Shown: piece after piece, positions 17,853-25,767 of the stretch
Layout of the letters: each line of letters starts with the position of its first letter
How positions within the stretch are numbered: the stretch's first letter is position 1
Assembly (NCBI GenBank): GCA_022769185.1
Contig: JALEKG010000029.1
Coordinates: 14,113 to 78,112 of the forward strand
DNA from: Dorea sp.
Lineage (GTDB): Bacteria > Bacillota > Clostridia > Lachnospirales > Lachnospiraceae
Length of the DNA stretch: 64,000 bases
Direction: 5' to 3'
Notes under the pieces: generated by a model
Seen by the model: only the letters and a program-made list of their open reading frames with translations
What the model was told of the DNA's origin: nothing
Database searches by the model: none
Made by a program: the position numbers and the translations under genes

Positions 17853-19308
17853 GGTAAGAACAAGATTTGCACCAAGTCCTACAGGAAGAATGCATGTAGG
17901 AAATTTAAGAACAGCGCTTTATGCTTATTTGATTGCTAAGCATGAAGGCGGTGATTTTATGCTGAGAATAGAGGATACCGATCAGGAGCGTTTCGTAGAG
18001 GGTGCTTTGGAGATTATCTATCATACACTGGCAGAAACGGGACTTGTTCATGACGAAGGTCCGGATAAAGACGGAGGCGTTGGCCCTTATGTTCAGAGTG
18101 AACGGAATGCTTCCGGATTGTATCTGAAATATGCAAAACAGTTGATTGAGCAGGGAGATGCTTATTATTGTTTTTGTGATAAAGAACGTCTGGATTCTCT
18201 GAAGAGCAAAGTATCTGATGAAGATGGCGGTACAGAGATCGTTGTATACGATAAGCACTGTCTGGGACTCAGTAAAGAAGAAGTGGAGGCAAATCTGGCA
18301 GCTGGAAAGCCTTATGTGATTCGTTTTAATATGCCGACGGAAGGAACGACTACTTTCCATGATGAGATATATGGCGATATTTCAGTACCGAATGAGGAGC
18401 TGGATGATCTCATTCTGATCAAGTCAGACGGATATCCAACCTACAATTTTGCAAATGTAATCGATGACCATCTGATGGGTATCACACATGTAGTCCGAGG
18501 AAATGAATACCTGTCTTCTGCTCCGAAATACAATAAGATCTATGAAGCATTCGGTTGGGATGTTCCGGTATATGTTCACTGTCCGTTGATCACAGACGAG
18601 AATCATAAAAAGCTGAGTAAACGTTGTGGTCATTCGTCTTACGAAGATCTGATCGATCAGGGATTTGTCACAGAAGCGGTAGTAAATTATGTTGCACTTC
18701 TTGGATGGTGTCCTTCTGGCAATCAGGAGATTTTTTCGTTGGAAGAACTGGTAAAAGAATTTGATTATCGCCATATGAGTAAATCTCCGGCTGTATTCGA
18801 CATTGTGAAATTAAAATGGATGAATGGTGAATATCTCAAAGCGATGGATTTTGACAAATTTTATGAAAGAGCAGAAAGCTATATCAAAGAAGTTGTGACT
18901 AAGGATTATGATCTGAAGAAGATCGCAGCTCTGGTTAAGACCAGAATTGAGATATTCCCGGATATCAAAGACCAGATTGATTTCTTTGAAGAACTTCCCG
19001 AATATGATACTGCAATGTATTGTCACAAGAAGATGAAGACGAATGAAGAAAATTCGCTGAAAGTATTACAGGATGTTCTGCCGCTTCTGGAAGAACAGGA
19101 TGACTTCAGTAATGATGCTTTATTTGCACTCCTGAAGAAATATGTGGATGAGACAGGTGTAAAGACCGGTTTTGTAATGTGGCCGATCAGAACAGCGGTT
19201 TCTGGAAAGCAGAGTACACCTGGCGGAGCAACAGAGATCATGGAGATTCTTGGCAAAGAAGAGTCCATCAGGAGAATCAAAAAAGGAATTGAATTATTAA
19301 GTAAGTAA
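17845..19308 (+). CDS. gltX: glutamate--tRNA ligase
   Basis: HIGH motif ([16 protein letters not shown]) and KMSKS motif (KLSKR). The ATG at 17845 is better spaced from AGGAG than the one at 17836. Overlaps the sirtuin-like gene by 8 nt. Confidence 0.93.
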   Translation: MSKVRTRFAPSPTGRMHVGNLRTALYAYLIAKHEGGDFMLRIEDTDQERFVEGALEIIYHTLAETGLVHDEGPDKDGGVGPYVQSERNASGLYLKYAKQLIEQGDAYYCFCDKERLDSLKSKVSDEDGGTEIVVYDKHCLGLSKEEVEANLAAGKPYVIRFNMPTEGTTTFHDEIYGDISVPNEELDDLILIKSDGYPTYNFANVIDDHLMGITHVVRGNEYLSSAPKYNKIYEAFGWDVPVYVHCPLITDENHKKLSKRCGHSSYEDLIDQGFVTEAVVNYVALLGWCPSGNQEIFSLEELVKEFDYRHMSKSPAVFDIVKLKWMNGEYLKAMDFDKFYERAESYIKEVVTKDYDLKKIAALVKTRIEIFPDIKDQIDFFEELPEYDTAMYCHKKMKTNEENSLKVLQDVLPLLEEQDDFSNDALFALLKKYVDETGVKTGFVMWPIRTAVSGKQSTPGGATEIMEILGKEESIRRIKKGIELLSK

Positions 19309-19318
19309 GGGGAATCTA

Positions 19319-21157
19319 ATGAGTTTAAATCAGGCTCAGGCTGAGGCAGTCGCCCACAAAGAAGGTCCATGTATGGTCCTTGCCGGTCCCGGTTCCGGGA
19401 AAACTCTTACCATTGCAAAAAGAATTGAATATCTGATTACAAAGTATAAGGTAAGACCAGAAGAAATTCTGGTCATTACCTTTACAAAGTATGCCGCGAA
19501 AGAGATGAAAGAACGTACCAGAAGGATCTGTGGAAAACCTGCATATGCTGTTACTTTCGGGACTTTTCATGGAATTTATTATGGGATCCTGAAGTGGGCA
19601 TATGGTTTGAATCAGGCAAATCTTTTAACAGAAGAAGAAAAATATGCTTTGCTGCGTCAGATTTTATCGCATATGGAATGGGAAGCAATACCGGCGGCAG
19701 ATGAAGAGAAAGATTATCTACAGGATTTAGCAGTTGAAATATGCAATGTGAAAAACAACTGCTACAGGATTGATGAATATGAATCTTTGCGTTATGGAAA
19801 TGAACGATTTCGGGAACTGTATCAGACTTATGAAAATGAAAAAAAGAAAGTAAGAAAAATAGATTTTGAAGATATGCTTGTTCTATGCCGTGATCTGTTT
19901 CTGAACAGACCGGATATACTCAAGAAGTGGCAACAAAAGTTTCAATATATTCTTGTGGATGAATTTCAAGACGTTAACCAGGCGCAGTATGATGTCGTAA
20001 GAATGCTTGCTGCACCGCAGAATAATCTGTTTGTTGTAGGAGATGATGACCAGTCTGTTTATGGATTCCGTGGGGCAAAACACGGAATTATGAAGGGATT
20101 TATGATAGATTATCCAAATGCCAGACAGATTCTTTTGAATGTGAATTATCGTTCCAGTGGATTTATTGTCAAAGGAGCTTTGAAGGTAATCAGACATAAT
20201 AAAGAAAGATTTGCCAAAGAAATTATTGCAGACCAGAAACCTAAAGAGACAGTTCACGTTCAGGAAGTAAAAGATCCTGTAGAAGAAAGCAGATATGTGA
20301 CAGATAAAATCAAAGAATTTGCGAAAAATGGAATTCCGTATGCGGAGATGGCAGTCCTTTATCGGACGAACCTGGATGCAAGAGCTATATCAGAATTCTT
20401 GATGGAATATCAGATTCCATTCACGATGAAAGAATATCTGAATAATATATATGATCATTTTATCGGAATTGATATCAACAGTTATTTTCATTTATCGCAG
20501 GGAGAGACTGACCGGAGATATTTCCTGCAGGTTGCAAACCATCCCAAAAGGTATCTTTGCAGAGAGTGTTTGAATGAACGGAACATTTCTTATGAATCAC
20601 TTCGGAATTTTTACTGTGACAAAGACTGGATGATGGACCGGATTGATCAGCTGGAATGGGATATGAAAATGATCCGGAATAAGACTCCATTTGCGGCAAT
20701 CCAATATATCCGGAAAAGTATGGGATATGACGAATTTTTGAAAGAATATGCAGCTTATCGACAGATTCCGGAAGAAGATCTCATGGCAATAATTCAGGAG
20801 ATACAGCAGAATTCCAGAGAATTCCAGACAATCCCGGAATGGTTTGATCACGTAGAGAAGTATCGGGAAATGCTGAAAAAACAGAATCAGAAGCGGGAAA
20901 GTACGGATGGAGTTGCTCTGATGACGATGCACGGAGCAAAGGGGTTGGAATATGATACTGTATTTATAATTGAAAGTAATGAAGGAAGTACACCCTATCG
21001 TAAAGCAAAATCGGAAGAAGAAATTGAAGAGGAACGCCGCCTTTTCTATGTTGCAATGACCCGGGCAAAGCGGAAGCTGATTATCAGTTATGTAAAACAA
21101 AAAAACGGGAAAGATATGAATCCTTCCCGTTTTGTCGATGAATTACTCCTCGTCTGA
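19319..21157 (+). CDS. UvrD/Rep/PcrA-family ATP-dependent DNA helicase (short, 612 aa)
   Basis: Motif I AGPGSGKT, motif II DEFQDVN, motifs V/VI (TMHGAKGLEYD, YVAMTRAK). Confidence 0.88.
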   Translation: MSLNQAQAEAVAHKEGPCMVLAGPGSGKTLTIAKRIEYLITKYKVRPEEILVITFTKYAAKEMKERTRRICGKPAYAVTFGTFHGIYYGILKWAYGLNQANLLTEEEKYALLRQILSHMEWEAIPAADEEKDYLQDLAVEICNVKNNCYRIDEYESLRYGNERFRELYQTYENEKKKVRKIDFEDMLVLCRDLFLNRPDILKKWQQKFQYILVDEFQDVNQAQYDVVRMLAAPQNNLFVVGDDDQSVYGFRGAKHGIMKGFMIDYPNARQILLNVNYRSSGFIVKGALKVIRHNKERFAKEIIADQKPKETVHVQEVKDPVEESRYVTDKIKEFAKNGIPYAEMAVLYRTNLDARAISEFLMEYQIPFTMKEYLNNIYDHFIGIDINSYFHLSQGETDRRYFLQVANHPKRYLCRECLNERNISYESLRNFYCDKDWMMDRIDQLEWDMKMIRNKTPFAAIQYIRKSMGYDEFLKEYAAYRQIPEEDLMAIIQEIQQNSREFQTIPEWFDHVEKYREMLKKQNQKRESTDGVALMTMHGAKGLEYDTVFIIESNEGSTPYRKAKSEEEIEEERRLFYVAMTRAKRKLIISYVKQKNGKDMNPSRFVDELLLV

Positions 21158-21451
21158 ATCTTCCAGTTCCAATGTGTCCATCCATTCGTCGAAAGCATCT
21201 GCGGCAATTTCGTATTCATCGTCATCTTCGATGTTGCCAAGTTCCGGTTCGCCGTTTTCATCCTCGCTGTACCGGTAAAGATATATGTCGCTGTCTGCAT
21301 CAAAATCCATACTCTCATTCAGGGGAATCAAAGCAATGTATTCTTTGCCTCCAGCCTCATATACAGTGAGAATTGCACATTGGATTACCTCGTCATTATC
21401 TAGTGTCAGCTCAATGGTTACATATCCATCGTTCTCGATTGTTTCGCTCAT
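21143..21451 (-). CDS. DUF1292 family protein
   Basis: 102 aa and acidic. The pattern ..LTLDNDEVIQCAILTVYEAGGKEYIALIPLNE.. is typical of DUF1292. AAGGAG RBS. Its 3' end overlaps the helicase 3' end by 15 nt. Confidence 0.8.
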   Translation of the reverse strand: MSETIENDGYVTIELTLDNDEVIQCAILTVYEAGGKEYIALIPLNESMDFDADSDIYLYRYSEDENGEPELGNIEDDDEYEIAADAFDEWMDTLELEDSDEE

Positions 21452-21620
21452 AATTGCAAATCTCCTTTTCCTTTATCACTTCTTTAACTGTATCAGACGT
21501 AATCCTAAAAAGCAAGGATGATTTCATAGATTGAGATGAAAAATGAAAACAGTAGCCAAATGGTTGAAAATGTTGTAAAATATATCTGTATGTAATCAAA
21601 TGCATAAGGAGGAGAACAAT

Positions 21621-22646
21621 ATGATGAAAAAGAAAATGTTAAGAGTATTGGCAATTATGCTCGTATGCATTTTCGCATTATCTGCATTAACTGCATGTAA
21701 GAAACAGGCAGGAAAACCAGTGGATAATGCTATTACAGAAGATACAGAAGATGATGAAGAGAGTGAAGATACAGACGAGACCCAGAGCTATGTGTTTGGA
21801 TTTTCAGCAATTGATATGGAAAATCCATATTTTATTACATTAGAGAAGGCAATAAAAGAAGTATTGGATGAAAAAGAATATCGGATGATCAGTAAAGATC
21901 CTGCCTCTGATGCAGAACTTCAGGTACAGCAGATCCAGGAGATGATAGAAGAAGGAATTGATGCAATTTTTTTATGTCCGGTAGATTGGGAGGCAATCAC
22001 TCCTTCTCTTCAGGCGTTGAAAGATGCAGGTGTAAAGATCATAAATGTGGATACTCAGGTAAAGGAAATGGATTATGTGGATGCTTATGTGGGCTCTGAT
22101 AATAAAAAAGCGGGGAGTATCTGTGGACAAGATCTGATTGAAAAATGTCCAGATGGAGGAAAAGTGGCGATCCTTGAAGCAACTGCACAGAATTCTGTCA
22201 ATGACCGGATTACGGGTTTTGAGGAAACGATCGCAAAGGCAGAAAATGGTTTTGAGATCGTTGCAAGAGAAGATACAGACGGCAGCTTTGAAAAAGGACT
22301 GGAAGGTGCAAAGAAGATTATTGCGGAACATCCCGATCTGACTGCGATTATGTGTGGAAATGATCAGACAGCAGTTGCGGCAAAGACGGCATTGAATCTG
22401 GCAGGTAAAGATAAGGTGATCATTTATGGTGTTGATGGATCTCCGGATATTAAAAAAGAATTGAAAAAAACCGGAAGTCAGATTGCTGGAACAGCAGCGC
22501 AGTCTCCGATCAACATTGGGAAGAGTGCGGCAGATACTGCGATCAAGATGATGAATGGTCAGGATTATGAAAAAGAAACCTATGAAGATGTATTTATGAT
22601 AAATAAAGATAATGTTGATATGTATGGCGTAGATGGATGGCAGTAA
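21621..22646 (+). CDS. sugar-binding lipoprotein (periplasmic-binding-protein family 1, RbsB-like), with no adjacent ABC partners
   Basis: Lipobox LSALTAC, an acidic linker, then a PBP1 fold pattern (..GFSAIDMENPYF.., ..IINVDT.., ..IMCGNDQTAVAA.., ..GVDGSPD..). The ATG at 21621 follows TAAGGAGGAG. Confidence 0.85.
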   Translation: MMKKKMLRVLAIMLVCIFALSALTACKKQAGKPVDNAITEDTEDDEESEDTDETQSYVFGFSAIDMENPYFITLEKAIKEVLDEKEYRMISKDPASDAELQVQQIQEMIEEGIDAIFLCPVDWEAITPSLQALKDAGVKIINVDTQVKEMDYVDAYVGSDNKKAGSICGQDLIEKCPDGGKVAILEATAQNSVNDRITGFEETIAKAENGFEIVAREDTDGSFEKGLEGAKKIIAEHPDLTAIMCGNDQTAVAAKTALNLAGKDKVIIYGVDGSPDIKKELKKTGSQIAGTAAQSPINIGKSAADTAIKMMNGQDYEKETYEDVFMINKDNVDMYGVDGWQ

Positions 22647-22675
22647 ATATCGTACAGACAACAGGAGGACGTGGC

Positions 22676-24367
22676 ATGAAGAGAGAACAGGGAAGGCCTT
22701 TACCATTAGGAGTTACGATCAATGGGGACCGGGTAAATTTTTCAATTGCGGTTCCGAAGAAAAAAGAATGTCAGTTGCTTTTATACCGCAAGGGCGAGAC
22801 ACACCCTTGTGCGGAATATGAGATGGAAGAATCTGTGGGAGAAGTCCGTTCGCTCATGCTTACAGAGTGGAATCCATCAGAATATGAATATAATTATAGA
22901 ATTGAGAAAGAGATTGTGGTTGATCCTTATGCCAGAGCACTTGCTGGAAAAGAGTTGTGGGGTGCCAAAAAAGAAGTACAAAAGCATGAAGTGAGAGGAG
23001 CATTCCTTTCTGAAGCGTATGACTGGGAAGGGGACAGGCCACTACAGCTTCCCCGTCAGAAAGTTGTTGCATATAGTCTTCATGTTCGTGGATTTACAAG
23101 ACATTTTTCCTCACGTGTAAAGGATAAGGGAACCTTTCAGGGAGTTGTGCAGAAGCTTTCATATCTGTGTGAACTTGGAATCAATCAGATTCACTGCATG
23201 CCAGTCTACGAATTTGAAGAATGTTCGTCATACTGTAATTACTGGGGATATGGACAGGCATTTTATTTTGCCCCGAAAAGCGCTTATTCCAGTACGGGAA
23301 ATGGTGCGGACGGACTGAAAGATATGGTGAAGGCCTGTCACAAATGTGGAATAGAAGTTGTATTAGAAATGCCGTTTTCTGATAATATTTCAAAACAGAT
23401 GATGAATGAATGCCTGAGGTATTATGTGATGGAATATCATATCGATGGATTTATTCTGAATCCGTTGATAGCTTCGATGAATGAACTACGGGAAGATCCT
23501 GTTTTAAAAGATACCAGAATTCTGGAACATCAGCTTGGATTCCAGACGATTATGCGCCGTTTCTTAAAAGGTGATGAAGGAATGGTAAAGGATGTGATTT
23601 ATTGGCTGAAGCATATGTCGGAGCAGGAAGAAAGCTTTAATTGTATTACTGATCAAAATGGATTCACACTGAATGATTTAGTTTCTTATGACGCAAAGCA
23701 TAATGAGGCAAATGGTGAGAATAATCAGGATGGACCGGATTATAATTTCAGCTGGAATTGTGGTGCAGAAGGCCAGACCAGGAAGAAAGCAGTATTGGAG
23801 CTTCGAAAAAAACAGATACGGAATGCATATTTTCTTGTGCTTTTGGCGCAGGGGACTCCATGTATCTTGGCCGGTGATGAATTTGCCAATACGCAAAAAG
23901 GGAATAATAATGTGTATTGTCAGGATAATTCAACCGGATGGCTGGATTGGCGAAGGTTGGAAAAACACAAAGATCTTCACGATTTTGTGCGCGATCTGAT
24001 TCGGATTCGAAAGGAATATCCGATTTTTGCGCAGGAAAGAGAACTGATGGGAATCGATCGTACTTGTTGCGGCATTCCGGATGTATCATATCATGGGGAA
24101 AGTGCATGGCAGGTTCCTTCAGAAGTATCAAGCAGGCAGCTTGGAGTCTATTACAGTGGTTCAGTTGTTGGAAATGATGATTGTTTTGTGGCATACAATA
24201 TGCACTGGCTGGACCATCCTTTTGCGCTTCCGGCACTTCCAAAAGGAAAGAAATGGTATTTAAAAGCATCCACAGAGGAAGGTGTTCTTGGAAAGCCAAG
24301 ATTATTAAAAAATCAGAGGATCGTTGAATTAAAAGAACGGACAATTGATGTAATGATCGCTCAATAA
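22676..24367 (+). CDS. GlgX/isoamylase-like GH13 protein with substituted catalytic residues (probable pseudo-enzyme)
   Basis: CBM48-like N-terminus (PLGVTINGDRVNFSIAVP) and GlgX-like blocks (NYWGYG, KHNEANGENNQDG, LLAQGTPCILAGDEF, GNNNVYCQDN). GH13 region I reads VVLEMPFSD, region II reads DGFILN (Asn codon 23459-23461), and region IV reads TDQNGFTL (23654-23659). The ATG at 22676 follows AGGAGG. Confidence 0.8.
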   Translation: MKREQGRPLPLGVTINGDRVNFSIAVPKKKECQLLLYRKGETHPCAEYEMEESVGEVRSLMLTEWNPSEYEYNYRIEKEIVVDPYARALAGKELWGAKKEVQKHEVRGAFLSEAYDWEGDRPLQLPRQKVVAYSLHVRGFTRHFSSRVKDKGTFQGVVQKLSYLCELGINQIHCMPVYEFEECSSYCNYWGYGQAFYFAPKSAYSSTGNGADGLKDMVKACHKCGIEVVLEMPFSDNISKQMMNECLRYYVMEYHIDGFILNPLIASMNELREDPVLKDTRILEHQLGFQTIMRRFLKGDEGMVKDVIYWLKHMSEQEESFNCITDQNGFTLNDLVSYDAKHNEANGENNQDGPDYNFSWNCGAEGQTRKKAVLELRKKQIRNAYFLVLLAQGTPCILAGDEFANTQKGNNNVYCQDNSTGWLDWRRLEKHKDLHDFVRDLIRIRKEYPIFAQERELMGIDRTCCGIPDVSYHGESAWQVPSEVSSRQLGVYYSGSVVGNDDCFVAYNMHWLDHPFALPALPKGKKWYLKASTEEGVLGKPRLLKNQRIVELKERTIDVMIAQ

Positions 24368-24394
24368 AGTGTTTAGAAAGTGAAGTTATATAGT

Positions 24395-24955
24395 ATGAAA
24401 GCGTGGCAGCATTTTCGAACAATAAATCATCATAAATATCTGGTTATGAAACAGTGTTTTAAGGTGGGATTATATAAGCAAGGTTTGCTTCATGATTTGT
24501 CAAAATATTCTCCGACAGAATTCCTGGTGGGATGCAGATATTATCAGGGTACCAGAAGTCCCAACAATGCGGAGAGAGAGGCAACCGGATATTCACAGGC
24601 GTGGCTTCATCATAAGGGGCGAAATAAGCATCATTATGAGTATTGGCTGGATTATAGTGTAAAACCTGATGAGGGAATCGTAGGGCAGAAAATGCCTGTT
24701 AAATATGTTGTAGAGATGTTTATGGACAGAATTGCAGCATCCAAAACATATCAGGGAGATGCTTATGCGGATACGCATCCATTAGAGTATTATGAAAGAG
24801 GAGCTGCAAAACTAGGAAACATGATACATCCAGAAACAGCTGCTCTTTTACATCGGTTGCTTGTAATGCTGGCAAAAGAAGGAGAGGAAAAAACTTTCGC
24901 ATATATCAGGAAAGTGATATTAAAGAAAAAGGGAAAAGATGAAAAAAATTGTTGA
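24395..24955 (+). CDS. conserved hypothetical His-rich protein (DUF5662-like, from memory)
   Basis: MKAWQHFRTINHHKYLVMKQCFKVGLYKQGLLHDLSKYSP... and HHKGRNKHHYEYW. There is no clear SD. Choosing the ATG at 24395 over the GTG at 24380 rests on my recollection of family N-termini. Confidence 0.6.
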   Translation: MKAWQHFRTINHHKYLVMKQCFKVGLYKQGLLHDLSKYSPTEFLVGCRYYQGTRSPNNAEREATGYSQAWLHHKGRNKHHYEYWLDYSVKPDEGIVGQKMPVKYVVEMFMDRIAASKTYQGDAYADTHPLEYYERGAAKLGNMIHPETAALLHRLLVMLAKEGEEKTFAYIRKVILKKKGKDEKNC

Positions 24956-24980
24956 CATTTGTTCTCGCCTAATGTATTAT
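24952..24980 (+). promoter_or_regulatory. sigma-A promoter for tRNA-Leu copy 1
   Basis: TTGACA (24952-24957, containing the TGA stop of the upstream CDS), 17-nt spacer, TATTAT (24975-24980). The tRNA starts 34 nt downstream. Confidence 0.5.
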
Positions 24981-25013
24981 AGATGATGCGCAGTGCGAAA
25001 GCAATTGTCAAAT

Positions 25014-25098
25014 GCGGAAGTGTCGGAACTGGCAGACGAGCAAGACTAAGGATCTTGTGATTAATGCGATCGTGTGGGTTCAAGTCCCATCTTCCGCA
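25014..25098 (+). tRNA. tRNA-Leu, anticodon AAG (class II, 85 nt, CCA not encoded)
   Basis: Hand-folded cloverleaf: acceptor GCGGAAG/CTTCCGC with discriminator A; D arm TCG-GAACTGGCAGA-CGA; anticodon stem CAAGA/TCTTG with loop C-U-AAG-G-A; long variable arm GATT-AATGC-GATC; T arm GTGGG-TTCAAGT-CCCAT. Confidence 0.9.
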
Positions 25099-25103
25099 GT
25101 ATA

Positions 25104-25141
25104 AAAGAAAAGACTCAGGCAAGAGCCTGGGTCTTTTCTTT
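25104..25141 (+). terminator. intrinsic terminator of tRNA-Leu copy 1
   Basis: aaagaaaagactcagg / cctgggtcttttcttt, a 16-bp stem (one G.U) with loop caagag. The T-rich tail lies within and after the stem. Confidence 0.75.
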
Positions 25142-25145
25142 CGGA

Positions 25146-25185
25146 GCGGAAGCGATCCTTGTCCCGAAGGTCCAAGGTCTCCGCT
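25146..25185 (+). repeat. 40-nt GC-rich element, copy 1, beginning with a tRNA 5'-acceptor mimic (GCGGAAG)
   Basis: GCGGAAGcGATCCTTGTCCCGAAGGTCCAAGgTCTCCGCT, 38/40 identical to 25539..25578. Forms ccttg..caagg plus cc/gg pairing (UUCG loop on the minus strand). Confidence 0.6.
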
Positions 25186-25320
25186 TCGCTCCGGTCGGAG
25201 CAGAGCAGACGTCCACAGGACGTCTTGCGCCCCATCTTCTGCAGTAAAAAGATTCGTGCAAAAGCCTGGGGCAGTTGATCTAAGATTTTCAGAATTATTC
25301 GAATTATTTAAAATATTCTT

Positions 25321-25349
25321 TTGACAAGTTTTGTGTTTTGTGGTATTAT
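25321..25349 (+). promoter_or_regulatory. sigma-A promoter for tRNA-Leu copy 2
   Basis: TTGACA (25321-25326), 17-nt spacer, TATTAT (25344-25349). The tRNA starts about 55 nt downstream. Confidence 0.5.
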
Positions 25350-25404
25350 ATTCAAGTGGATACATGAGATGATATTGTTGATTATCTCATAGACTAAGAT
25401 TTAT

Positions 25405-25489
25405 GCGGAAGTGTCGGAACTGGCAGACGAGCAAGACTAAGGATCTTGTGATCAATGCGATCGTGTGGGTTCAAGTCCCATCTTCCGCA
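25405..25489 (+). tRNA. tRNA-Leu, anticodon AAG, second copy
   Basis: Identical to copy 1 except T->C in the variable-arm stem (GATT->GATC), which converts a U.G pair to C-G. Confidence 0.9.
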
Positions 25490-25545
25490 GTATAAAAGAA
25501 AAGACTCAGGCAGAAGCCTGGGTCTTTTCTTTTATACTGCGGAAG
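25482..25545 (+). terminator. 29-bp hairpin (terminator core plus extension) that sequesters the 3' acceptor strand of tRNA-Leu copy 2
   Basis: The 5' arm cttccgcagtataaaagaaaagactcagg (25482-25510) pairs with the 3' arm cctgggtcttttcttttatactgcggaag (25517-25545): 29 bp with one G.U pair, loop cagaag. Confidence 0.7.
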
Positions 25546-25578
25546 TGATCCTTGTCCCGAAGGTCCAAGATCTCCGCT
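25539..25578 (+). repeat. 40-nt GC-rich element, copy 2
   Basis: GCGGAAGtGATCCTTGTCCCGAAGGTCCAAGaTCTCCGCT; see copy 1. Confidence 0.6.
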
Positions 25579-25767
25579 CTGCGTTCTATCTACTGCTGTT
25601 CTATTCTTGATCTGAAAGATATTTTTGATATTTCCCTATAATTTTATATTTATGTATTATTATATAGTGTATAATAAAGATAAGAATCAGGAAATCTAAT
25701 GATGTGAGCGTTTTGCGTGATATGGCAATACGTAATATTGTTATGCCGGAAAAGGAGGAAGAAGCCT

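Noticed and set aside
17097-21157. Sir2-like protein plus UvrD-like helicase as an anti-phage defence system (DSR/Thoeris-like).
   Set aside because: The two genes are separated by the essential gltX. The Sir2 NAD pocket is degenerate. No other defence hallmarks, mobile genes or compositional island are visible.
25146-25243. Possibility that the GC-rich 98-nt tRNA-like shell is selC (tRNA-Sec), given that the genome uses selenoproteins.
   Set aside because: There is no UCA anticodon loop (CTTCAAA), no T-loop (GTTCRANYC) and no 8-bp acceptor/6-bp D-stem geometry on either strand.
24790-25365. 191-aa minus-strand ORF and 86-aa plus-strand ORF (25064..25324) spanning the tRNA region.
   Set aside because: Both read straight through a tRNA gene, its terminator and a promoter. 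No RBS is present and the composition is driven by the GC-rich structured element.
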